From positions 28,904,464-28,968,463 of the forward strand of contig NC_043011.1 in NCBI RefSeq assembly GCF_006345805.1: DNA of 64,000 nt, given 5' to 3'. The stretch's first letter is position 1. Each line of letters starts with the position of its first letter. The notes below the pieces were generated by a model, which ran no database searches, was not told the DNA's origin, and was given only the letters and a program-made list of their open reading frames with translations. This document shows positions 1-14,609 of the stretch, in pieces. A program made the translations under genes and the position numbers. The stretch comes from Octopus sinensis (Eukaryota).

Positions 1-66
1 TTTAAATATACATATGTACATACATACACATATACATATATATGTGTATATGTTAATATGTATATG

Positions 67-113
<47 letters not shown>

Positions 114-366
114 CACAGTATTATGTATACTTCAGAGAAATAATTTAACAGTATGTCTAATGCGATATCAACTTTTTCAGTTCCTTTCCAATGTTACCTG
201 CTGCTTCATAAACTATGTAAACTATGTCATCAGTGTGTTGACACTTTCTAGAACAAATCTGTTGGCCACACTTTGTAGATACTCATCTGATATACATACG
301 TATATAAATATATATGTGTATGTATATGTATATATTATGTGTATGCATATATATATATATATATAT

Positions 367-459
<93 letters not shown>

Positions 460-616
460 CACACACATACACACATATATATACATGTACTTTTGCCTCA
501 TCACTATAGAATTATTCACAACAAATATTTCTGTTTCTTTGATTTGTTACACTGAAGAAGTGACAAGCTGTATTTTCCATCCAGATACATACAGACATGT
601 ACATATACATACATAT

Positions 617-657
<41 letters not shown>

Positions 658-816
658 CCTCTCTGTTCTCATTGACATTACTTGATGTCATCCAGGGACC
701 TAATGATTGATATACCATTTAAAACCTAGATATTCTGAAACTTAGATAAATAAGTTTCTTTATTAAGACTTGCTCACTTATACACACACACATTATTATT
801 GTTGTTGTTGTTATTG

Positions 817-867
<51 letters not shown>

Positions 868-903
868 GTTATTGTTATTGTTGTTGTTATTATAATCATT
901 ATC

Positions 904-1665
<762 letters not shown>

Positions 1666-2079
1666 TATTATCATTGCTGTTGTTGTTGTTGTTGTTATTA
1701 TAAAAAACTGAAGCTTCTTAAATCAGATTTTCAATTGTTCAAATAACTGAAATAGCAAAAATATAGAATAATACAAAATATATACACTCTACACTATATA
1801 TTGAATACCTTTTTCCCTGTTTATAAATCCAAATGTTCACCAATCCATATTCATACATATATGTATATGTTAGTATGTAAGTACTTATGTGTTATGTTAG
1901 TTATAATTTACAGAACTTTTATTTTACTAAAGCGAGTGTGACAGCTTCTTCATTTCAAGTCCAAGGCTGGCTTAATTGTACAACTATTGCAGCTTATGAC
2001 AAGCTTTGTTGTCAATGTGTTGTCAACATGTTAACCAGTTCTAGAGCAACGCTGCTGGCTGCATATTGTAGATACACAT

Positions 2080-2111
<32 letters not shown>

Positions 2112-2284
2112 TGTATGTATGTATGTATGTATGTATGTATGAATGTGTGTATGTATGAATGTATGCATGTGTGTATGTATGAATGTATGTATGTATGTAT
2201 GTATGTATGCATGGATGCATGTATGTATGTGTGTGTGTATGTGTGTGTGTGTGTGTGTGTGTAATCAAAAATATATTTAAAACA

Positions 2285-2460
2285 ATGGCAGGTGAAAGAG
2301 CAACAAACAGGGTGTATGAGTTTAACGCTCGGGAAAAATGAAAGAAGTTTTAATGTTTCGAGCTTATGCTCCTCTGTGAGGAGACAAAAAAGGTAAAGAG
2401 AGGGAAACAGTGGAGAGAAGGAAAAAACGTGTCTGAGTTAATGGTTACTACATGTTGGAC
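2285..2460 (-). mobile_element. Decayed copy of hammerhead-bearing short element (family 1)
   Basis: Collinear similarity to 14610-14785 (acaaacag...aacgctcgggaa...gtttcgagcttatgctc). Stem II GAGC/GCUC and GAAA are retained but the CUGANGA core is degraded. Confidence 0.55.
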
Positions 2461-2736
2461 TCACATACACACACGTACACACATGCATTTATTTCATCAT
2501 CTTTTTCACAGCAGCCACAAACTGGATGTGTCTAGTCACCTCCAACAATAGAGAGCAGTCACCATATTTCATTCCATAAGAGCTGTCTCTGAAGAGTGCA
2601 GGGTTACATAATCAGACTGTAACCTAGCACTCCATTGAATCCCTAGCACAAAATAGATTGGTAAGATCAGCCATAATGGATATATAATACTGTACACTTT
2701 GATTAATATACATACATACATACATACATACATACA

Positions 2737-2768
<32 letters not shown>

Positions 2769-4608
2769 CACATACATGCATGCATACATACATATATATA
2801 CATATAATAAAAAATATGTTAATATATAAATATACACAAATAATGTATATCTGTGTGAGTGTAAGTGTGTGTGTGCATAATACACTACATATAGCTATAT
2901 ATAACTAGAAGTAGACAAAATGTTCTCCCCCAAAGTTACCCAACTTGAAATAGCAGTCAAATTTCTCTTCCTTGTGTCATGCCCTACCATCATTAAAAAT
3001 CAAAAGGACACATCGGATAATGCAATTCTTGATAAACTATGCCAAATAAAAGAAAAGAATTGACACGGATGAAAGAGGTTTGTTTTAATCAGCAGTCTGC
3101 TCAATCGCAGCACTGACCTGAGGTTAAACACTAACCACAATTAAAGAAAACAACAACAACATCTCTTGTCATGAATTCATTAACTTCAAGTTGAAGACAC
3201 AGTCATTAAGGAAAAAATAATTGATTGAGTTTAATTACAAAATCTATAAATTGGCTGTTACTGGCATTTAAATGTGTGTGTGTGTGTGTGTGTTATTATA
3301 TTTATGTGTAGATATGTGTATTTGCATGTTTGAGTGTGCTTTTGTGTATATTTTGGTTCATTTGAATATGTGTCTTTGTGTATGTATGGCTGTGTGTTGT
3401 TATGTGTCTTTGTATGTTTTTGTGCGTATATGTGTGTTTTTGTGCATGCAAGTTTGTTTATGGTTCATGGGACTGCATGTGTGTGTGTGTGTTCGAGTGT
3501 GTGTATATTTGTGTCTGCTAGTGCAATGTTGCATGTATTAGTAATAATTTTTACATTTTTGTTGTTGTTTTTTTTGTTTTTTTTTGTTAAAGACAGCAAA
3601 CTGGCAGAATTGTTAGCATGCCAGGGGCAAAATACTGAGCAGCATTTCATCCATTCTTATTTTCTGAATTCAAATTCTGCCAAAGTCAACTTTGCTTTTC
3701 ATAAGTACCAATCAAGTACTGCAATCAATGTAATATGTACGAGATGTGTATGAAAAGTCTTGAGCCTCAAGAAAACAAAACATGGGACAAGACTTCTGGT
3801 GAAGGTACCAGACTTCAAGGCTCAAAGGCCTTGAAGGCTCAAAACGTTTCATACACCCCTCGTATGTATGTACATTTATGTGTACATGAATACATATATA
3901 TACATAAATCCTACAAGATATATTTATGTTTTTACTTCTTCGATTTTTTTTTTTTTTTTACTTTTAAATTGTTTATACGACTTATTAATAAAGTGCCATC
4001 ACTATTGTTCCTACTACTTACTAACATTACATTCTGCAATATGTCATTTCTCTTAGAACAGTAGGATGTGATCTAAGGGATATTTGGCTGCTACTTTTTA
4101 GCAGATAAAACAGCACTCCACAAACTTTTTTCACTTTCGGTACACTTATATTCTTTTCAAAATTCGGTGGCACACCTGAACTAGAAATATAACTTAAGGT
4201 ATAGGAGGAAAATCATATCCAAGTTACACTGCAGCACACCTAGCATTGTCTCATGGCACACCAGTGTGCCACAGCATACCAGTTGTGGAGCACTGAGATG
4301 AAGGGTTCCTTATGTTAAGGGAGATAATTCTAAATGGTCACAGTCCAGGGAAGGAAGAATTTTATATAGTTGGAGATAGGGAGACATTTGACAACAGAAT
4401 GAGAGTCTTTGGTTTGCTGGTAAGGATGCATAGTTTGTTGGTTGTCAAAGGATAAAGGAATCACTAGGAAACACGTGTGTAAACCATGAAGCTTTAATAG
4501 AAGAGACATAGAGCAAAGAGACAAAGACTTGTTATTGTAGTATTTGTGGGATGAAAATGTATATGTGCTTGTATATACATGGTTATGTGTGAAAGGGCTT
4601 GGCTTGTC

Positions 4609-5217
4609 CAATGTTTCTCAACCCTTTTTTCAGCTATGGACCCCTTTGCTTCCTGTTTTACTCAGATGGACCTTCATAGCTACATGCTGTTTTAAAAAAT
4701 CATATATTTTTCTCGCCTTACCAAGATGTCAGATGATGCCCGTCAAGATGCTTGCTTTTTCCAATGCCTTAGCCTCGCCATCGCCCATAGTCATGTCATG
4801 ATAATATTGGCTTGCATCAGTAAATTCCGTTGAACCTTATGGAGTTTGACCAATAAGGCACTTGTTGCTACATTGATGTTTTTTCTTTCTCCTGTTTTTG
4901 CTTTTCTTTTGTAAAATATATTCCTTTTCACTATTTTAAATGATGTAAGTTTAAGCACGAACATTTAATTAGCATCATACAGTTATTGACTATATTATAC
5001 TAATGTAAATTTATTTGATAACTTTAATAAAATTAAGTGTGGCAAATTGCTGAAATAGCTGCCAAATCTCAAAAAAATATTATTAGGAATTGTATTAAAA
5101 ATTGATAAAATATTTTGTAGATTGTAGAATTTTAACCAATTCATTGCAGATACATTTTAACTAGAAAATCTTATATGAATGCCCAGGGGCGATATGGACT
5201 CCTTTTGAGAACCACTG
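4609..5217. mobile_element. hAT-like non-autonomous DNA element
   Basis: Imperfect TIRs caatgtttctcaa / ttgagaaccactg; subterminal atggaccc motifs shared with 32995-33550; no clean 8-bp TSD. Confidence 0.55.
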
Positions 5218-5633
5218 GCTTAATCAAAAGCATGTGACTTTGTGTGTAGAGTATCATATATCATATAGTTCCAATTTTGGCTCCTGGACTTCATTGTGAG
5301 GCTGTTTACACATAAGGAAATGATAAAACAATTGCAGCACTGAAAGTGTTTATAAGCCATTTAAGAAACACACAAAAACTGTTACATTCACTTCAACATT
5401 TAAATTTAATTTGCCAAAATATTTTCGTCGCTTTGAGATTGCGACCTGTTCACTGACAAAATTCAGTGCTGCAATTGTTTTCGTTCCAGCACACGATCTC
5501 AGATCAGGTCACTTGCTATGCAAATACATCTCCATAAGGATAAAATAAATAAACTAAAACAGAAGAGTAAGTATATACAGTATACAATGGAAAGGAAGGG
5601 AAACATGCAAAGTATACAAAGGTTAAAAAAAAA

Positions 5634-5689
<56 letters not shown>

Positions 5690-5699
5690 ATAATAAAAT

Positions 5700-5955
5700 A
5701 TACACTCCTCTCAAGTACGAAATGATCTGGCTACAGAAAGTGAAGAAGGTGTAGATAATACCAATTATTGTTGGTCTTCAGGGTCTGTGTCAGACGGCAT
5801 CAAGAGGAATATAAAGAAAATTGGAATATAGAGGGCTTGGTGGAGCTCTTACAAACGGTTTGCCTCCTAGGCACATCCAGAATAACCAGGAAAGTATTTG
5901 ATAGTCGAAAAAAACAGATAGCATGGTACTATAGGCAACAAAACCTGAGTTAACA
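5700..5955 (+). mobile_element. RLE-type LINE 3' fragment with triplet tail
   Basis: KYEM.W...V.IIPIIVG followed by ELLQTVCLLGTSRITRKVFDS, then (AAC)/(AAT)n. Confidence 0.75.
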
Positions 5956-6039
5956 ACAACAACAAGAATAATAATGATGTTAATAATAATAATAAGAAGA
6001 AGAAGAAGAAGAAGAAGAATGATAATGATAATAATGATT

Positions 6040-6102
6040 TCATTTATTTAACACCAGGGCGAAGGAAGAAGGAGGACAATACAAAGACAGACATAAAGTA
6101 TG

Positions 6103-6154
<52 letters not shown>

Positions 6155-6705
6155 TTCCAACTTGTTGTCTCTTGAGGTTTCTGGGTGAGACTTGGAGCCA
6201 AATTGTACAAATGTAAAGCAAAAGTCAAACATAAAATAATAATAATAATAATAGGTGCCCTGGGAATGATAGCTGTCATAGGTGCCCTGGGAATGTTAGC
6301 TGTCATAGGTGCTCTGGGAATGAGATAAGACTAAAACAATACCTGTTGTCATAGGTGCCCTGGGAATGATAGCAAAAGGGGCTGACCACTACCTAACTCA
6401 GATACCAGGAAACCTCAAAATGGCAGAAATTCAAAAGATAGTGCTCATGGGAACTGCTCATATCCTACGCAAATACTTTCTATGTAATCTCAAGTTTTAA
6501 AACAAACTTAATTTTCTTTTTTTTTTTTTTTTAGGCATTCACTAGTACAACACTAAATACAAAACCAAATATATGGCACACTAGACATAACAACAATACA
6601 AACTTCCAACCTGTTGTCTCTTGAGGTCTCTGGGTGAGACTTGGAGCCAACTTGTACAAATATAAAGCAAAAGTCAAACATATAATAATAATAATAGTAT
6701 TTTCT
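6040..6705 (+). mobile_element. RLE-type LINE 3' end with duplicated 3' UTR and stuttered 27-bp 5' junction
   Basis: VIGALGMIAKGADHYLTQIPGNLKMAEIQKIVLMGTAHILRK at 6348-6480. The 3' UTR block (ttccaac.tgttgtctcttgagg...agcaaaagtcaaacata) occurs at ~6155-6235 and ~6604-6685. Confidence 0.8.
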
Positions 6706-7521
6706 GTTGTAGGCACAAAGCCTGAAATTTTGTGTGTGTATATTTTGTGTAATATATATGTGTGTGTGTGTCAATTACATTGATCCTGGTACTCAACTGG
6801 TACTTGCTTTATTGACCCCAAAAGGGTGATAGGCAGGGTTGATCTCAGCAGAGTTTGAACACAGAATAAATGCTGCTAAGCAATTTATCTGGCATGCTAA
6901 CAATTCTGCGTGCTTGCCATTTTCTAATAATTTTAGCACAGGGCCAGCAATTTGAAGGGATGGGACCAGCTGGTTGCATCAACCCTGGTACTTGACTAAT
7001 ACTTTATTTTATCAACCATGAAAAGCAAAAAAAGGTTATAATGAAGATGATAGTAACAATAATAACAATCCTTTCTACTAGAAGCACAAGGCCTGAAATT
7101 TGGGGGAAGGGGACTAATCAATTACATCAACCCCAGTATTTCACTGGTACTTAATTTATTGACCCCGAAAATATGAAAGGTAATGTTGACCTTGGTGAAA
7201 TTTGAACTCAGAACATAAAAAACAGATGAAATACCTGTAAGCATGTCAATCAGCTTGCTAATGGATTTTCCAGTTCACCGCCTCACTACTTAAATTATTA
7301 ATAATAATAATTGTTTCTACTATAAGCACAAGACCGGAAATTTGGGAAGGGGCTAGTCAATTACATTGACCCCAGTACACAACTGGTATTTATTTTATTG
7401 ACCCCTGAAAGGATGAAAGGCGAAGTTGACCTCAGCAGAATTTGAACTCAGAACATAAAAACAGACGAAATGCTGCTAAGCATTTTGCCCAGCATGCTAA
7501 CAATTCTGCCAGCTCACCACC

Positions 7522-7522
<1 letters not shown>
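6706..7522 (-). mobile_element. Cluster of 3-4 SINEs of the same family, minus strand
   Basis: Repeated gcacaaggcctgaaatt...gacccc...gaatttgaactcagaa...gccagctcacc units at ~6706-6915, 6930-7030 (partial), 7068-7285 and 7315-7522. Confidence 0.85.
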
Positions 7523-7578
<56 letters not shown>

Positions 7579-8408
7579 TAATGGCACTCAAATTCACTAA
7601 AGCTGAAATATCAATTTTTAAAACATTTCCACATTTGAAAAAAAAATAACCAAAAATCTCCGGAGAATTTACATTGAGAAATTTATATTGTAATATATTT
7701 GAGATTGTTTACAGTAAATTATCATTGGATATTTCATCAGCATTTATCATTGTATCCATACATATAATGTATGATATATTTAACAATATCAAACTCTCCA
7801 TAAAATATTTATTTTTTAGAAGACTATATTCAAATTAAACGTTGATATATGATAGCTGGCCCAGTATACCGATAATCATTTGAGTTATGCTTTGATTCTA
7901 TGTGCTAGTTCATAGTCACAGAATGTTCATTGTTCCATAAGCATTTTATGCTAACCTTTTGCCAATGCTAAATCCTATTTTGGGAATCATTCATCTCACT
8001 TTCGGAGGTGTACTTTCCTGGAAATTGATGCTGTTCTCAGATTTAATCTGAGAATAGCCTTTTGAAACTGAATCAATTGCATTGTTGTAGAATAATGTCA
8101 ATAGTAGCCTTTTGAAACACACACATTATTACATACATACGTGCATACATACACATATGTATACAACACACACACACACAAATACATACATATATGCATG
8201 CATACATTCATATATATATATATATATATACTTTTATTTATATATATATAAAAGTATACACACACACACATATGTATGTGTGTATATATCATATATATAT
8301 ATATGTGTGTGTATCTATCTATCTATATATATACTTTTCAATATATGATCCCCTGGCAATTATATTATATATACATATGTATATTGTGGATCATATATTT
8401 GAAAAAGA

Positions 8409-8463
<55 letters not shown>

Positions 8464-8644
8464 ATATATCTTGTCAGGGGATCATATATTGAAAAAGAAA
8501 CATACTCTAAAGCTAGTGCAGTAATGTATTTTACCTGCAGATAAATATATGTCGGTCATAGAGTGACCAATGGTGATCATATATTATGTTGCATTATACT
8601 CACAGATAATATCTATATATATATACGTATATATATAGATATAG

Positions 8645-8686
<42 letters not shown>

Positions 8687-8933
8687 GTATATGTATGTAT
8701 ATGTATATGCATGTATGTATTTTTATTGTGCAGTATATATAGAAAACATATACAGCCAATGCTTACAACACCATGTGATTATAGAGTGGGTGTCCTATTT
8801 GTGAAGAGAAGTATAATTTTTTTGTAGTTAACCATCAATAATGGTTAACAGAGAGTGTATTGAGCAAAAAAGAATGGAAATCATATTTTTTGTTTGATAC
8901 ATTCTTTGACATGAAAATTTGTGTCATGTAAGG

Positions 8934-9079
8934 AATTGCCTCTCAATCAGATTACATCATCAAACTATTAGAAGTCATATAACAAATAGGAAAAATAACC
9001 TAAGCAACAATAGTTATTTTTTTCTATTTGTTATACTTTCTCTGATGATTTGATGATGTAATCTGATTGTAAGGTAATT
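8934..9079. repeat. Imperfect ~146-nt hairpin
   Basis: caatcagattacatcatcaaa / tttgatgatgtaatctgattg and tataacaaataggaaaaataac / gttatttttttctatttgttata, with a ~13-nt loop. Confidence 0.85.
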
Positions 9080-9164
9080 ACTTATAGAAAGGAAATTGCC
9101 AATAATAAAATGTGTGTAATAATGTATTGAATAAATGTAAAAGCTTATCTCTCCATTCATGATT

Positions 9165-9196
<32 letters not shown>

Positions 9197-9391
9197 TGTA
9201 TATATACTTACATATACACATAACTTCATTAACTTTTGTGCTTTTTGTAATCTCATTATGTGTGTGTACATATATTTGTATGTATGTATATACATACATA
9301 CATACATACATACGTACGTACATAATATATTAGTGTGTTTACACATAAAGCATTTATTTTATGATTGAGTTATGGCATCAGTGTGCACATA

Positions 9392-9465
<74 letters not shown>

Positions 9466-9491
9466 AAACTCTGAGCAAGATAAACAGTAGC

Positions 9492-9752
9492 ATCGTGAAG
9501 TACATTTGCCACCTAAATGTGGCTAACCCTTAAGTGTCAATGCTACTGTAGCTTGTAGCCCCAGGAAGACATCTCCAGCTAGCTATTGACGCACTATCTG
9601 TGCCCTATCAGTATGACTTCCCTTTGTAAATACTGATAGGGCACAGACAGTATGTCAATAGCCAGCTGGAGGAGATGTTTCCTGGGGTTACAAACTACAG
9701 TAGCATCGACCCTTAAGAGTAAGCCACATTTAGGTAGCAAATATACTTCACG

Positions 9753-9754
<2 letters not shown>
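9492..9754. repeat. Fold-back element: ~123-bp arms, 15-nt loop
   Basis: 9492-9614 is an imperfect reverse complement of 9630-9754 (for example tctgtgccctatcagtat / atactgatagggcacaga). Confidence 0.9.
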
Positions 9755-9789
<35 letters not shown>

Positions 9790-10040
9790 ATATATATATA
9801 TCCTTATATTAGCTGTATTTTAATTTGCAACACAGTTATACAAAATATATTAAGTGTGCAAGACCTATCATATACATCTCAGGCCTGGTTACTGAAGCAC
9901 TCTGTTCCAACATAGAGTTAATAGTAAACGCAGTGAATATAACTATATAGCTTCTTAGTTTCTCAGTCCACTCTGGACTCTTATTCTTTCTCTCTTGTCA
10001 GATATGTGTGTATGTGTGTGCTTTTACACACACACACACA

Positions 10041-10102
<62 letters not shown>

Positions 10103-10537
10103 CACATAATCCAAATAAGAAGACAAAAAAATTCTTTAACTCATCTTTAAAGATGTGTTAGAATTTTCTTTGTCTTCTTACCATTTGAATTATTTATTCT
10201 TTGCCAAACCTTCTTTAGAGTGTGATTGTCATGAAACCATTGATTTTCTACACCTGAGGAATTCTGGCTATAGCCTGGAACCTGACAGTGTTGATAGCCC
10301 AGTATTCAGGTCAAGTGCTTTTCTGGAAATACTCTAACTTTGCATCCTACCAAGACCTTAGATTTTTGCTATATATACAGGCATACACACACACACACAC
10401 ACACACATAATATATAGTATATATATATATATAGGTCTATTATAGTTTTATTAACTTTTTTGTTTTTGTGGCATTTACTACATTGTCATTAAATATATTA
10501 ATGGAATACAATGTAACGTATTCCCCTATGTTAATGT

Positions 10538-10782
10538 TTAACCCTTTAGTTACTGTAATCCTGTTGAAATACACTGCCTTTGCTTCAATTAATGTTTGTT
10601 TTGTTTTGCTTCTTAAATTATGAAGACTTTATTAAGATATATTCGTCATTATTAAGTTGATATTGGAAGATAAATTTACATGAGATTCCTAATGAAATGC
10701 TTTAATTTTGATCACTTTGAAACTAAAATAATGGCATAAAATTAGGAGTACTCTCAGACAAATTAGCAGCAAAAGATGTTAA
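10538..10782. mobile_element. Older piggyBac-like MITE related to 18070-18297
   Basis: Starts ttaaccctttagttactgta, has internal similarity to 18070, and ends in a degenerate aaagatgttaa. Confidence 0.55.
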
Positions 10783-11208
10783 GAAAGAATTTAAAAACAT
10801 AAGTTCATGTATAGGATTTGGTACAACTATATATGTGTGTATGTATGTGTTTTAAAAGTATTTCACTACAATGATGCAACTGATTCTTCTTATCATTTCT
10901 TTAATAACACTTATATATAACTGAATTCTGAACAATTTTGCTCTTAGTTTCTAGTTAAACATATGTCTATTGAAATTGTAACTTTCAATAAAATCGTTAT
11001 TTAATTCAAAATGATTGCTTTTTTAAAAAATATAATAATACAATGTTTATTTTGATTTTTAAACCATGGAAAAAATAGTAAATATTAAAAGGTTAATAAC
11101 ATGATATGGCACTAATTGCAATAAGCACTTATTCCAATGGACAGTGGGCAGGGGAGGGGATTCAGTACTGTTATCTACAAAATACAATATCAGGTATGCA
11201 TACATATC

Positions 11209-11240
<32 letters not shown>

Positions 11241-11248
11241 TGTGTATG

Positions 11249-11325
<77 letters not shown>

Positions 11326-11467
11326 TATATAATATGCTATATAGATATATATTATATATATAAATATGGTAAAGTAAAAGAATATGGTAAGTATTAATTA
11401 TTAAAAATATGTGAATATATTAATATATAGTATAATTTATATATATATATATATCCATGTCTGAGAT

Positions 11468-11610
11468 GCGGATGCAGCTTTGTGATTATGAAGCTTGCTT
11501 CCCATGCACATGGTTTCAGGTTCAGTCCTACTGTGAAGCACCTATAGCTTTGGACAAACCAAAGATTTGTGAATATGGATCTGGTAGACAGAAGCTGAAA
11601 GAAGCCCCTC

Positions 11611-11612
<2 letters not shown>
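11468..11612 (+). mobile_element. tRNA/CORE-like SINE head
   Basis: ggttcagtcctactg...caaagatttgtgaatatggatctggtagacagaagctgaaagaagccc. Confidence 0.75.
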
Positions 11613-11651
<39 letters not shown>

Positions 11652-12047
11652 GATAGATAGATATATGCATATATATATATATAGACATATATGTATTGTG
11701 TGTGTGTAAGTGTATATACGCTTGTGTCTCCTTGTTTTGATATGGCAGGATAGTAATAAATGAGTGTGATGGAAATACAAGAAGTGTCAATCATTTTCAG
11801 TGTCCTGGAAACAGGTGGTGGTTGCTAACAGGAAGTGCATCCAGGCATAAAAACATCTGCCTCAATAAACTCCGTGTGACCCAGGCAAGCATGGAAAAGT
11901 GGATGTTAAAATGATGATCTAAATGTGTGTGTGTATATATATATATATGTGTATGGATATGCTTACATAAATGTGTGTGTAGAGAGAAAGAGAGAGAGAG
12001 AGAAAGAAGAGAGAGAGAGAGAGAGGAAGAGAGAGAGAGAGAATATA

Positions 12048-12110
<63 letters not shown>

Positions 12111-12138
12111 TACATTATATACATATGTATATACATAT

Positions 12139-12194
<56 letters not shown>

Positions 12195-12248
12195 TATATG
12201 TGTATATGTATATGAATATGCTTACATAAATGTGTGTGTGTGGTGTGT

Positions 12249-12284
<36 letters not shown>

Positions 12285-13125
12285 ATTTATTTGATCTTCT
12301 TTCAGACCCAGTCGTTTTGCTTTTGTAAGATGCATAATGCATTGTCTAAATGTATAAGATTGCACACACCATTGATAAAAACAGACTTTCATGATTATTC
12401 ATTCAAGAAGCCAGTACCTCGTATCGTGAACCAACCACTAACCCACATCCATCAGCATCTTCATCACCCGGCAAGAATAATGGACAAAAATATAATTAGT
12501 CACACATTTCCTTCTTTCTGTATAACGGTATAACAGTATAGCATCAGGTAAAAGGGTTAAAATGAATTTTTTTTTTTTTTTTTCTTCTCGTTTCGTTTTT
12601 CTTCAGTTGATGTCTTCATACTTGCATATAGACAAAAGCACAATATATTACAATGGAAAGAAGTCTATCAAAACTATTTTTGTTCAGTGTTTTTCCAAAG
12701 ATAATTTCAAGTAATGGCTATTTCCAGTTTAATATCCCTGAAACATTTACAATACTTTAGTCACTAAACTGTAGTAAGAGATAAATAGAAAGAATTATTA
12801 TTGCCCATCATAAGAAATATGCTTTAAGAAGTAGAGTTGTTTTGAAAGTAGGATTACTTTTATTCCCTTCTATATTCCTTGTAGTTGTTTTTTTCCTAAA
12901 TGCTAATGTTTCTTATCATTTAATGATACTCAATACTCATAACTTTTGTTCGATATTCCTAGTACTATGTATTAATATGTACCATGAACTCTATGGCATA
13001 ATTCTATACAAATAAAATAGTATCTATTGTTCTAAGACTAAACTATTTGCAACTAAATATAACTTTATTTCTATCCATATTATAGATATATAGATATATA
13101 CATACATATATTAACATACACACAA

Positions 13126-13220
<95 letters not shown>
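13126..13220. repeat. (GATA)n microsatellite
   Basis: About 23 perfect units; similar arrays at 49873-49990 and 58226-58280. Confidence 0.95.
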
Positions 13221-13655
13221 TAATATAGATATATATATGCAAGATGAATATTAATGCATGATCATGATAGATGAGTCATGTGAAGATTGTACAACAAACA
13301 TTTGCACAGACACAAACATGCATTTATACACATATGTGAGTATATGTGTGTGAGTGGATGCACATGTGAAATGCACACACACACACACACATATTTTATC
13401 AAGTCATATACTTAGTGCATATGTTCTGTTTATGTGCTCATTAGCTGTGGGATAGCATCATAAGGAAAAATAGCTTTAAGATACCATATGTTAAAAAACA
13501 CTAAATACCTCAAACCTGGCTCAGACAACTCACCCTAGGGGTGATCAAGAATGATGGATATCAATATTTCATTGTATTTAAAGCTTGTTGGTATCATGCA
13601 CTTAAACCACCTCGGAATGAATTGCAATCATTAGTCTGAGGTATATCTGCAAATA

Positions 13656-14190
13656 TTAGGTTGAGGGAAAAGTTCATGCACTGTTTTAAAATCATGCTTT
13701 TTTATATATATTTCTGTGGTGTGTTCATTCATTCAGTTCATGTCATGTTCAATGGTGACACACTGTGTGTGTATCCAAGAATTGTTTATCGAAAACACGC
13801 TTTGTTTCAACAAGACAATGGAAAGCCACATACAGCCAGAAAGACCAGCAACAAGATTGAAGAATTGGATGGTGTGGAAATTCTGCTACATCCAGCCTAT
13901 AGTCTGCACGTTGTTCCATCTAACTATGATCTCTTCTGATCAATGCAGCACTTTATGAAAGGTCACTGATGTGAGTCAGTCGATGAAGTTGAAGAAGCCT
14001 GTCAAGAATTCTTCAATTCAAAGCCGAAGGATTGGTACTTTGACCAAATCCAAAAGCTTGCAAATCCTTGGCAGAAGGTCATGGAAAATGATGGTCTTTA
14101 TTTTGAAGAACAGTTCCTGTTGTTTTTAATAAATTCTTGCATAGAAAATCAGTATTTTAACACGGTGCACAAACTTTTTCCTCAACCTAG
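13656..14190 (+). mobile_element. Internally deleted mariner transposon with both TIRs
   Basis: Left TIR ttaggttgagggaaaagttcatgcactgttttaaaat follows TA; the right end ttttaacacggtgcacaaactttttcctcaaccta is its imperfect inverse. Translation gives LFQQDNGKPHTARKT...LLHPAYSLHVVPSNYDLF*SMQHF...WYFDQIQKLANPWQKVMENDGLYFEE, matching the mariner HDNARPH / HPPYSPDLAPSDY / C-terminal motifs. Confidence 0.92.
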
Positions 14191-14609
14191 AAATATAGAG
14201 TCTATCTGCTGATGTGCTACAGAGGTGCACAAGTGAAACAAAACTGAATTTTGAATTATAAACAGTCTAACTACTTTAGACATGATGCCTGAAAGATTTG
14301 GAGAGGGGACAAGTCAATGTCACTGAGCCCAGTTTTTGACCAATTCTTCTTATTTGACCATACTGAAAGGATGAACGACAAAGTCAACCTTGACAAAATT
14401 TTAACTCAGAGTGTAAAGACAGGCAAAACGCCACTAAACATTTTGTCTGACCTACTAGAGATCAAACACACACACACACACACACATATATGTGTGTATG
14501 TGTGTGTGTGTGTGTATGTGTATGTATGTATATGGATAGATATGTAAGTATGAATATATATACATAAGTATATGTATAAATACATATGTAAATATAATAT
14601 ATATATATA

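Noticed and set aside
8000-8108. Minus-strand open segment LLLTLFYNNAIDSVSKGYSQIKSENSINFQESTPPK with a GTGAGA donor
   Set aside because: Weak acceptor, no recognisable homology and no linked exon; not enough support.
10219-10337. Plus-strand acceptor plus open frame CDCHETIDFLHLRNSG...
   Set aside because: Poor donor and no recognisable domain; expected by chance in 64 kb.
12306-12712. Two strong acceptors (12306, 12607) and a 59-nt GT-AG gap
   Set aside because: Stops interrupt the plausible frames. They could be non-coding exons but this cannot be supported from sequence alone.
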